Below are positions 39,831 to 51,691 of a stretch of 64,000 nt of DNA, in pieces. Both the position numbers and the translations under genes were made by a program. This DNA is from Octopus bimaculoides (lineage: Eukaryota), in contig NC_068987.1 in assembly GCF_001194135.2 (NCBI RefSeq), forward strand, positions 48,807,287-48,871,286. Direction: 5' to 3'. The notes beneath the pieces were generated by a model, which was not told the origin of the DNA, ran no database searches, and saw nothing but the letters and a program-made list of their open reading frames with translations. Each line of letters opens with the position of its first letter. Position 1 is the stretch's first letter.

Positions 39831-40247
39831 ACAACATCTGTTTGTATTTTTAAAATCTTCAGATAAATGAGTTAATACTTTCTATTAAAATAAATGGAAA
39901 AAGATATCAAAATCCACAATGTCTGTAGTACTTTTCTTCAAACTTTTAAGGAGGAGACCAAATATTTTCAATGAAATTTTAAAAATTTCCTGCCAAATGT
40001 GAAAAACTCTGAGAAATTCTTGGAATAGTCTATAGGTTTATGGAACAACACTTAGAGTATTGGTCTTAAGCAATTTAATCAATCAAATGCTAAACTACAA
40101 ATTGGAAGGGAAACTCTTCCAAATGATCATCTTAAGTCACTTTATGAACATTGATAATAATGGGAATACAGAGCTATATGTATTCTTTCGTCTTGTTACT
40201 TTGTAATACTTCATTTACTCCCTTTATACCAAAAATAGAAACCATTA

Positions 40248-40470
40248 AAGGTGGCAAGCTGGCAGAATTGTTTGCACATTGGACAAAATGCTAAGCACAT
40301 TTTCTCTGGTTCATTGCATTCTGAGTTCAAAAATCACAGAGGTCAACTTTGTCTTTCATCTTTCAGGAGTCAATAACATAAGTACTAGTCAAGTACTAGG
40401 GTTGATGTAATAGACTTGCTCCTCCCCTCAAAACTGCTGGCCTTGTGCCAAAATTATAAAGAACTATTAT
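40248..40470 (+). mobile_element. (ATT)-family SINE
   Basis: aaggtggcaagctggcagaa...ggccttgtgccaaaatt. Confidence 0.8.
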
Positions 40471-40476
40471 CATCAC

Positions 40477-40512
<36 letters not shown>

Positions 40513-41863
40513 TGAGGGTAGTACTACTATTTTACTAATATGGAAATTTGGATATTGTTGTATGTTGGCACAACTTTTTAAACAAGCACTTGCTCTTTCA
40601 TTACTGATAACCAACTATCTTTACAGCAGAGATGAAATTTCTTGTCAGTCAGGTAAGCTGAAGCAAGCAGTGTTTTGTTGTTTGTCCATGGGAAAAACAC
40701 AATAGCTGTAGAACTGATGATCAGGTAGTAAACAGTCCAGTATTTTACAGCAATTGCTCTATGCACTAGTAATAACTAGTTTTCCTATATGTCACCCTGT
40801 AATGTACTTAGTCAATATTTCCTGGGGTCATTAGGTGTTTCAAGTCTCAACATCAGACACCCTCGTTCAGGCAACCCAACCAGAGTTGATCAAGCTCTAG
40901 CTTGTGTTTAGATATAATATCAATTCTTTTAAAAGAAATCTTAATAGTTTAGACTTCAGTATTGATTTGTAAGATAGGCACAAGACCACGCATTTTAAGA
41001 AAAAAGTATGGTTGATCATATTGACTCTAGTACAGTAGTACCCTGGTTTTCGTCTATCTTTAAACTATGACTTTGAAGTGACTTGTATATATAAGGGAAC
41101 TATTACTGTGTATATATATCAGAGAATGTATATAAGTCAAAACAATTTGTTGGCCTTTTATAGTTTTTTTAATAATTGTTTATGTTATATAATATTATGT
41201 CATTATAGTCATAGCATATGTATATTATAATATAAATAAATTATTGGATTGTCAATAATAACTCTCTATTTAATTTATTTTCGTAATTGCATTATACCCA
41301 TATTTATATGGTATTCAACTGATGTACCAGTGAACTGGATGTTTCACACACTCCTTTGAAAGATCTCTTTTCCTGAGTTTGTTACTAAAGCACGATTTAT
41401 TCGTGATTAGAAACATTCATAAACTGAGGTATTACTGTATTAAATAGGTATGAGAAAGACAGGAGATAAAGCACAATTTATTCGTGATCAGAGTTGTTCA
41501 AAAACCGTGATACTACTGCACTTGCATTTCTCCAATCCCTCGGAGGGAGGAAAAACAATGAACCTTGGGAAGATTTGAAATCAGAGAAGTAAAGAGAAAT
41601 AAGAATTTAATATAGTATGGAATTTTGCTCACTACTATCAAACTACCTCAGTATATTGCTGGTACTTAGTTTTGTCACTTTTTGGATGGGAGACAAGTAA
41701 AGTGAACTCTGGTGGAATTTGATTTCTGATTATGGAAGCACAAGACTTAATAATAGGAAGTAATTAGACCATTCTTCCATGCAAACACTGTAGCGATCAA
41801 TGTTGAAAAAGGAAAAAATTTAAAAGGAAGTTTCAAGAACTGATTAAGATTTGTTACTCCTAC

Positions 41864-42088
41864 CCATCTAGTTTTTCTTGAAGACGCTTGAAAGTTTTAG
41901 AATATAACGGCACTGCTGATGTATCTGCTTGATCACTTTCTCCATGTATCAATTTGTAAGTCTCTGATGGTTTATACATAATCCGACCCTCACCATCATA
42001 CTCAACACCAGATTTCTCTGCATCTACAGACACAGAGGAATCATTTGTCAAGCTAGATTTCCTTACATCACCATTCTCTTTAGAATCT
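41864..42088 (-). CDS. Zasp: Frame-preserving (cassette-like) PDZ-LIM exon
   Basis: ttttcag|A GAT TCT...GAT GG|gtagga; 225 nt, phase 2 to 2; contains YKPSETYKLIH and YSKTFKRLQEKLD. Confidence 0.8.
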
Positions 42089-44310
42089 CTGAAAAAACAT
42101 AGCATGCACTATTCATGCAAAAACAACAACAACAACAACGGCAATATTGAAACAATATCATGCTTAAAACAGATATAAGAAAACACACACACACACGACA
42201 AATAAGAAAATATAACATACAATAACAAGTTATTTTAAAAAATCAGCTAAAAGTAATGACAGTAAATGCATGCTGAGAAAAATAAAAATAACAAAAAGTA
42301 AAAAAAGAATGCATATAATTATCTTTTGAGGTAAAATAACCTACAATGATGAAACATTTGTCTAAATACAGCCACTTCCATTTGATATAACATTCACAAT
42401 TATCACCATCATTGTAATATTAATGTCTAAATCATTGTTTCTTAATTCTCTTTGTCCTATGCCCCTCCATCAGTGGGGCATATACCCCACCTTCAGAAAT
42501 ACTAATCTAAACTTAATCACAAAAGACACATGCTCAATAAGAAGGAAATAATCCAATGAGCTGGAAAGATGGAAAGTAAAGTCAACACTATAAGGTCTGA
42601 ATCTAGACTTGAAAGTAAATATAGTAAGGCATTTGGTGCTTGTCACAGGGTGTGCTATGGTACTGAACCTACCACTACCTATAACTAAAAACATACAAAC
42701 TTTTGGCTATTTCCATACATAACACAATTCTAAACCAATTTAAACTTGGTTCTTGAGTGTGCATTATTAAATTTGACCAGATTGTATCAGGATTTTGCAA
42801 GAACAGAAACATAAAAAATTTTTTTTAAAATTACCATCTTTGGTGGATGATGTGCAGCACTTATCTAACCTATCCAGAATATATATCCCTGCTATAATAC
42901 TGCATCATTATACTATTACAATATTTGATAAAAGCTACTGTAGAAGTAATTAGGTAACGAAAGAATTTTTTATAAATGACATCAGTTTCAGAAAACTATG
43001 GTACTTTTTGGTAAATTAGTTCACATGAAAATGAATATTTTAGCAGCAACTCTAAATGTTCACAGCAAAAGATCTAAAGAATGATAAAAATACAATGTAT
43101 TTAATTAATAATGATAAACAGAAGATTGATAAAGCGCATATTGTTACCATTTCTTAGGTCTCTGATGGTGAGTATTTACAGTTCTTGGTAAAACAAAGTT
43201 TAACTGATGGGGCTCAGTTTTTATACAACTGAGGAAGATTCAGCAAAAGATAGAATGATGCAAAATTTCATCATGATCACTGCAATGGTTCAATTCTGTG
43301 ATATTGTTTATGAGAGACCACGCTATCCATCAATAGTTGAACTCTCTACCAGTTCAAAGGTATTAAGTTCATGTCCCAGTTTTTCTAAGCTGTCAGAAAC
43401 AGACACCAGGTTATGTAAAATCATTATTTGTGGTTAATCAGTGTCCTCTGTAAAAGGAGAGAGATTATTTCTCATCTCATTAACATAAAACCTGATATAA
43501 CTATCAGACCTTCTTTAGCTTATGATCTGGAGCAAACAGAATTATGTGTCTTGCACAAGAGAACACAATGACCCTAGGTATAGGTCTTGAATTCATAACC
43601 ATGAAGTTTGAAGCCCAGTACCTTAATCTTACAATCTTTAAATGTAGACACAGTTTATTACTAAAAAAATAACTTAATTTAAACCCTGATTTAATTGATG
43701 TATTTTAGAAATAAAAACAAGGAGTTGTACCATTTCTAAGACATCAATGACATGTGCAAGGAATCCTTACAACCAGGAAATGAAGCCAAATTGTAGAACT
43801 TAATTGCATTTAATGATGGTAGCTAATAAGAAAGAACTTAGGAAAATTGTTCAAATGAAAATGGAAACATTAAATATAGTGAAATTCATTTGAAAATATT
43901 CTTGGATCTCTAACATTACAGAAGACAATGAAAGACAGAAATTTTCAAATGAAATATGAATGCTAAAAGAGTTCTAAAAGGTAAACATAAGTGCTGGAAA
44001 CTATTTAAAATTACATGCTACTATTTCAAAGCTTTAGATACTAGTATAGATTCTATAAATATAACTTGTAATATTGGTAGTGGCTATAATTGATCAAAGC
44101 CTATAAGGGTTCTTGGGTGGTAGAGGTGATGGTGGTGGTTTCATCTAAGTGGAACTAAGAAAGGGAAGGATTTAAAATTGTACTCAACCTATGATCGAAA
44201 AGGTAAATATTTATGGAGGACTGACAACCCTACAATAATAAAAGCTGATTTCCACAACAAAATGACTTGTTATATATATTAAATTTTGTTTCTTTTTAAA
44301 TTCTTTTCTA

Positions 44311-44516
44311 TTCTAGGCACAAGGCCCGAAATTTTTGGGGAGGGGGCCAATTGATTAGATTGACTCCAGTACGCAACTGGTACTTAATTTATCGACCCCG
44401 AAAGGATGAAAGGCAAAGTTGACCTTGGCGGAATTTGAACTCAGAATGTAAAGATAGACAAAATACTGCTAAGCATTTCGCCTGGCATGCTAACGTTTCT
44501 GCCAGTTTGCTGCCTT
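44311..44516 (-). mobile_element. (ATT)-family SINE, well preserved
   Basis: Reverse complement of the family consensus seen at 29595. Confidence 0.85.
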
Positions 44517-45266
44517 TGCTTCTTTTTAAATTGAGAAGAATTACAAAAGAAAAAAAAATCTATCAAACAAAACTAACAGATTGTTCCTCAATATAAGTTG
44601 AAAAAAGGGGTAAAAAATATATTCTTAAATAATCTAAATGGTGCAATGTAAATCTTTAAGTTGTTTGCATCTATGGCATGAGAGGAAGTTGTCTTTCTTA
44701 TAGAATACATCTATCCTTGTTCATCACCAATTCATTTAACAGTGATCCAGAACAGCATAGAACACTCAATTACGAACCATGCTACACATCACGAATTGAT
44801 AACGTATGTTAGTGATGATATATTTCAGGTATTTTTTAAAATTATTTACTGATATGTTCCAAAGAAACTTCAAAGTTGTACAGTACTTGTACAGTACAAT
44901 ACAAAATTAACAATGATTTCTACAGCACAAGTGAGAAATACCAATGATAGTCTCTCTTTTAAAGTATCAAAATTTAAAATTTGTAAGGAAGATATATATT
45001 CAAAACACTGACTGAGAAATATTCTTTCACAGCTTAATTATGTGTGTGTGCATATGTATGTATTAATTTTTATGTGAAGTTATATATAAATACAATTTAA
45101 CATTTAATTGAAAGATCATTGAAGAGTACATAAGTTTTGCAAGGTAAAAGTTGACAGTGGCTTCGAAACTTCAGCTTACTTGCAGTCAACTGTTGATGGC
45201 TGCTAGTAAACTAAAACTTCAAATAACACACACGAACCAAACTATAAGTTATTCTAAATGCATTTA

Positions 45267-45306
<40 letters not shown>

Positions 45307-45876
45307 TAAATATGGATTTTAAAATATTGAACTGATGTGGAAATCAACTTTCATTACTATTTATTATCCTCCTTTATAATAAATTTTATACCTTGGAAGT
45401 GGCAGAATAGAAATATCTGAAACAAAAAGATATTTGAGCTGTTTGATAGTGTATAACATAAATTCATAATTACATATTTATAAACATGATGTCACACTGA
45501 ACAGAAATATTACAAAACTAACTGGATTATTTGAAATATTGCATTTTCTTTTTTAAATTTATTTTGGGTGTCTTTGTTGAGAAATGAAGATGAAGAATAT
45601 ATCTGATTAGCTATTGATATTCATCCTTTCTACAATTCACAATGAAAGAAGAATACTTTTTGAGGAAAATTTTTTCTCTCTGAATATAGATTATTATTTA
45701 GAAAAAATAAGAAATGTTGATGGCGGGAGGTCAAAATTGCTCTACAGAACATGTGAAAATGAATGTTTGAAAATGAACTGTTTGATATGTCATACAAAAC
45801 AATGGATTTGGTTATAGATTTCTTTACTCCTACTGGGCATTTGCATAGTTGCCCCCTTTATTTTTGCTTTATTTTC

Positions 45877-46062
45877 TTAACCCTTTAGCATAATGCTTGT
45901 TTATACTTATTGTTTTGAATTAATCATGCAATATCTTGATGATGTGACTATTTTTGGACTGATATTGTAGGTTGGTGAGAGAAACCAGATCTGGTTAATT
46001 TAAGCATAAAACAGAAAAAACATTTTGGCTGCATATGGTCAGTTTAAAGGCCAAAGGGTTAA
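45877..46062. mobile_element. TTAA-flanked MITE
   Basis: TTAA-CCCTTTAGCAT...CAAAGGG-TTAA; internal similarity to 4978-5200. Confidence 0.65.
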
Positions 46063-46645
46063 GGAATCCATAGATCATGACTAAAGACCTCACCTGCTTC
46101 TAGAGAGTTGGAACTCAATCAGGCTTGCAGGGCCCAACACTTTACAAGTGATTAACTAAAAAAGAACATTATAGATGAGAAGAATAAGAGAAGCAAAATA
46201 ACTTCAGTTGTGGTGTAGAAGTGGCTTGTTGGGAACTTACTGTCCATTCTACAGCACATACTTTGTAAAGCTGAAGAGTTATGGAAAATATTTTCAGGGT
46301 ATTTACTATCAATGTCACCTATTTTTCATATTTAATAATTTCTGTACAATGTGACCTTCATGTTTATCAAACAATAGATTACATACATTTCAGTTATTAC
46401 ACCAACTATGAGCTCATACGTACATACATACATACATATCAACAACTGTGAGTTTATGCATTTAATATACATACATAATACAAAGCATTCTGTACTAGCT
46501 TGTACATACATGATAGAAAATACCCTACATATCCTACATAATTTTAGCATAGGCATTCTGGAAAGAGAAAGAGAACAAGGACAGTAGAAAAAAAAAGAAA
46601 AAGGTTCTGAATGTTGAATATAATGATTTGTGTTGTTTTCATTAC

Positions 46646-46859
46646 CCATTATTTGAACTGATTAGTAAATGTGTTTGATCCTTGAAAGTGTTGGCAGCAT
46701 TTTCTTTGGAATACAGCCCTATAGGTGAGTTGTACTGCCAGTTTCCTACAGCTTTTACTGTATTCCCTTTGTTTGCTTGTTGAGAGGGTAAAGGAGAAAC
46801 ACTTCGAGATCTGTTGGGTGACTGCATCGGATTCAAGGGTCTCAGGGTTGGAGGGGGTT
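46646..46859 (-). CDS. Zasp: PDZ-LIM exon carrying the ZM (Zasp-like) motif
   Basis: cag|AA CCC...AAT GG|gtaatg; 214 nt, phase 1 to 2; contains WQYNSPIGLYSKENAANTF, matching the ZM consensus QYNxPIGLYSxEN. Confidence 0.93.
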
Positions 46860-47639
46860 CTGAAATAGTTGATCAGGTAAATAGTTTGTCATTTTATTAA
46901 CATTTTTTTTTTATTATGAGTTGTAATTAAGAATGAGAGAGAGAGAGAGGGGTCATGAGTGAGTGAGTGAGAGAGAGANNNNNNNNNNNNNNNNNNNNNN
47001 NNNNNNNNNNNNNNNNNNNNNNNNNNNNNNNNNNNNNNNNNNNNNNNNNNNNNNNNNNNNNNNNNNNNNNNNNNNNNNNNNNNNNNNNNNNNNNNNNNNN
47101 NNNNNNNNNNNNNNNNNNNNNNNNNNNNNNNNNNNNNNNNNNNNNNNTATATATATATATATATATATATTTAGAGAGAGAGAGAGAGAGAGCTTAAGAA
47201 AAAGTTTAAGAGTCAGAAAGAATGTGAGAACGATAGAGAACACTGAGAGAAATCAATGTAAAAGTGAAAGCAAAAAAGAAGATAAAGATGACAAAAATGA
47301 GAAAGTGAGAAAGGAATGAATGTGAAGGAAGAACAAAGACACAATGAGCTAATTTTTGAGAAAATGAATATAATGTATACCCACTTCTCTTTTTGCTTCT
47401 TTATTACCAGAGTTTTATCAAACATTGTTAGAATTATTGATAGTGTTTATATAATTAGATATAATAATGTTGACTGAATTAACTCCTAATGTATTACTGC
47501 TGTTTAGTTTTAAATAATAGAAGAATTAAAAAAAAATAATAATGGTAAAAGACAAAACTAAATGCAAAAAGTTGTTTGTCATATCATTGCTACATACTAG
47601 ACTGTAAGAATATTATCTCTATAGTCTGGGTCAAATTAT

Positions 47640-48012
47640 GCACATTAAAGTTATCTTGGGCAAGTGTCTTCTACAATAGCCCTAAGCCAACCAAAGCCTT
47701 GTGAGTGAATTTGGTAGTTGGAAACTGAAAGAAGCCTGTTTATATATATGTACCTGCATCTGCATAGGTGTGTTTGTGTCTCTCTCTGTGCCTTGACATT
47801 GTGTAATAGTTGTACATGAGAATCACTGTCATATAAGCAGCATCATTCATTTCCAATCTCTTGTGAAAACATGTTTAGCCACGTGGATATATTACCTTAC
47901 TTGGAAACAGTTGAGGGGTGGTGACAAAAATGGCATCCAGCCAAAGGAAATCAGCCTAAATGAATTCCATGTGACCCATGCAAGTATAGGAAAGTGGATG
48001 TTAAATGATGAC
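47640..48012 (+). mobile_element. Composite SINE: tRNA-like head plus RTE-like tail
   Basis: cttgggcaagtgtcttctac...ggcatccagcc...acccatgcaag...ggatgttaaatgatga. Confidence 0.7.
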
Positions 48013-48694
48013 TTCTTACATAGGGATAAACAATGCCAAAATTTTGAAAGTAGGAACAGCCAGGTGTTTATTTTATTAATCTACTTTGGAAGAATGAAAA
48101 GTGATTTCAAAATAAGAATGATTTGAGCTGGAGAAACTATAGGGTCATAATTGTTGTAGCATCAAACATTGTATCTGGTGCTCTCATCAGACCAATAATT
48201 AGATTTATTGCAGTTTATTTTGACTGAAGCACAGATGGCTTTGTGTTCCTTCACATGGCATGGCATCTTGGTTTACTATAGACATAGCTTGGAAACTGTA
48301 TGGAAGCTCATTGTTTTTGTCTTTGTTTGACAAAGCTTTGGTGGTGATGACATTTATAAAAAAAAATGTGGTGGTCCAATGTGCAAAGACAACGAATAAA
48401 ATACCTTATTTGTGGGATGATTTCATGGTTTGGGTGTTATAGTGTGGATGCCCCACAGAGTGAGTACCTTGTGGTGTAGGTGTTTTAATGCAGAGAGGTG
48501 TAACATTGCAGTGTGTTGCATTATAATGTGATATGGTGCACTGCATAGTACCATGTGTTTCATACCATTTAATGTATGCATGCTGCAGTATCAAGTGATG
48601 TCTAGTGCTGTATAGTGTAAAGTGGCATCACTATCATCATTTTTACATCTCTTCCAGCTCCTCTCCAATTACTTACACTTTTATATAATTCTTT

Positions 48695-48930
48695 CTACTA
48701 CAGGCACTAGGCCTGAAATTTTTTTCTTGTATGTGGTGGTGGGATGGGGTGGGGACTAGGCCAGTTGATTACATTGAACACTGTGCTTGACTGGTATTTA
48801 TTTCATTGATCCCCAAAAGAATGAAAGTCAAAATTGACCTCAGTGAAATTTGAACTCAGAACATAAAGATAGATGAAATGCCACTAAGCATATTGTCTGA
48901 CATGCTAATGGTTCTGTCAGCTCACTGCCT
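48695..48930 (-). mobile_element. (ATT)-family SINE
   Basis: Reversed family core (ttgatccccaaaagaatgaaagtcaaaattgacctc). Confidence 0.7.
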
Positions 48931-51691
48931 TTCACTTTTATATAATGCAAAGTAACATGTATCAAAACAACAGAAAGAAACCTGTTCTGGCTCCTTTCAT
49001 TTCTTAGCCACTCATCTAGCATAAAGTTGCCTCCCTTTCTACTATAGTTACATTCAGTCGAAGGGATCCTACTCTCGTAAAACTACATGGTAACCTCACT
49101 AGTGATGGTGCCATGAAAAAAAATAAAAGCTCCAGTACACTCTAGAAAGTGGTTGGCATTAGAAAGGGCAATCCAGCCATAGAAACCATGTTAAAGCAGA
49201 CATTGGAACTCAACACAGCCCTGAAACTTATTGGATACTGTCAAACCATCCAACACATGCCAGCATGGATGACAGACAAATAATGGCAATGATGGTGGTG
49301 TATATGTAAATCAATCTAATGCAGAGTTGTGTAGAAATATGAAATGCTAAGTGTATAAGGCAGCAATACACAAATAATACATAATAGAAAAGCATAATGT
49401 GGTGTTTTAGTGCAGCCCACATCATATTTATTAATCCAGAACACCTGTACATTTGTCTGCAGTTAACCTCTTTCTACTACAGCGCTTGACACATGATAAT
49501 CACATAAATAAGATAAATATAGAAAGAAAATAAAAATGTTTCATAATCTAGTTTCTTGTAATTTTTTAAAATAGTTCTTCTTATGAGTTATTTTGAGATA
49601 AAAGTATTTTAACAATCTGGTGCTTCTATCCAGCACAGAACCAAAATATTGTCAGTCACACTTTGAGTTTCATAACACAGAGCATAATGAATTCTTTCAT
49701 CTCTCTCACTATCTACTATACACCAACCCAATCCTCTTTGTGCATGTATATACCCACCCAACCCTCTGTAGGCACCTTCTAGATAGATGATAGCTAGGTA
49801 TCTATAAGGAGTACAACAGAAACGACATAACTAAAACTAGTAATGTGTAAATATTGTGATAGATCTTGCAGCAAACAGGCTGTCTAGAAGGTTAGAGAAA
49901 GCTCTCCTTCAACTAAACAGAGATGTGTGTGAGAGAGAGAGGGGGAGGGCAAAAAAAAAAACACAAACACCTTTTCTTAGCTCTCTTATCAAATAGAAAA
50001 AAAACAACAAAAATATACTTGCTTTTTGATTATACTGAGCGACTGTTCCCCCACCCCATAGAATTAACAGCCAAGCCTATGTTAAACAGGTAGCAGCTAG
50101 CTTGCTTGCATGTAAACACCCTAGCTTATTTTCTTTCTGATATTGAGTTCCAGCTAGATAACTTTGTATTGTACACAACCAAATTTGGTCATGAATGACA
50201 ATTGTATAAGTATACAGGTGGTATATTCCAGTGAGAAATAATTAGACAAAATAACTTTTTTTTTTTAAATTAAGGAAATTATTTTCATTTGATTAGATAT
50301 TTCATTTCATTTAGGTTTTCAGTACAGCTTTTTTTCTTCTTCATGTCAAATCTGAAATTTTTACACAGTGTTTGAATTCTTTGTCAAAGCATGTAGATTT
50401 GTATTCCTTCACTGCATTATAGAATGCATAATGGTCAGGTGGATAAAGTATTGGAAAACAAACTTACAAGCTATAAGTTCAAATTCAGCGCAGGCATATT
50501 GCTGTTTTTAAACATGACATTTGTTTCAGTTTAGCTTAGTTCACCAGTCTACCAAGAGTAGGGAGCAGATCATTTACAAACATTATTTCTGAAAACTTGG
50601 GGTCTCATTTCTAGTAGAATATACAGTTTACACATTTCAGAGTATTTATCCCTAAACCATTACAAGACAAAGTCTTCAGTGGTGTTCCAATATCCCAAAT
50701 GATTATGGAACTCAGCTGTAAAATCTGTCAGAGCTGGCAGGCATTTATTTTTAATCCAATTGTTTATCACTCAAACTATAACAGGTACTTATTTTACTAA
50801 CTTTAAAAATAACAGGACTCAAAACAGTGATATCTAAAATTAATTATCTATAAGACTATTTCTAGTCTATATTTAAAAAAAAAAGGACATTTCCAATCCA
50901 TAGGGTTATAAGGTTAGTTTCCTGGTTTTTGTGGTGTATATTTCCCCAATCCTTGATGAGATGACATTCTGTTGCTGGATCATCCATTTTTGCCAGCTTC
51001 ATGGATTAGATGAATGTGAAATGAAATGTTTTGCTCAAAAACATAATACATTGTCTGGGCTAGGACTTGAAACCATAAGCTTACAATCATGAGTGCAACA
51101 CCCTAACCACTAAGCCAGGCACCTCCATGGTGCTTATTTTACGAACCCTAAAAATAACAGGACTCAAAACAATGATATCTAAGATTCTTGAGTCATCTCT
51201 TGACATTGGCTCTTTGCTGAATATTCAAAATATTCAAGTCTAATTGATTCAATCCTCTTAAATGTAAATAGGTACCATACAGAGGTATAAGCTCAAAGCT
51301 AAGTAACACAGTTACTGTGTGATTAAGATTAGCACAATTGTGCAGTATTAAACTTGAATCTTCTGCAAGCTAAAGAAAAGAATGGATATCCACCATAAAT
51401 AATTCCAAACCTGTTAAAATGGCACTGAAGTGATTTCTCTGAGATATAAGAACAACAAATCATATTGATTTAATGTCTAAATGAAGAATGGATACTGAAA
51501 CTTTAATGAATATCAATATCTTAATCCAGTGTCTAGACATTGCATGCTTCCCTGAAGACCTTCAACTAATGTAGGACTGAGACGGATGGCATGCTCAGGT
51601 CAAAAATGCCTGAGCAAACTCAACCAGAAGATGATGAAAATGTTAATTCTAGTATATACCCATCCCTATAGTACCATTGTAGAAGTCTTCA

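Noticed and set aside
42470-42694. 74-aa minus-strand ORF inside the gene
   Set aside because: Its acceptors give stops in the required phase 2 and it has no family motif.
44090-44240. Proline-rich MKPPPSPLPPK frame and several acceptor-like sites
   Set aside because: Stops in the compatible phase, no donor; derived from a (CCA)n-like tract.
46642-46646. Stop codon immediately after the ZM exon donor
   Set aside because: Any phase-2 GTAA, GTAG or GTGA donor yields this; it is not evidence of an isoform by itself.
49444-49500. Possible small exon ending ACAG|gtgttc
   Set aside because: Weak sites, wrong entry phase and no in-frame start.
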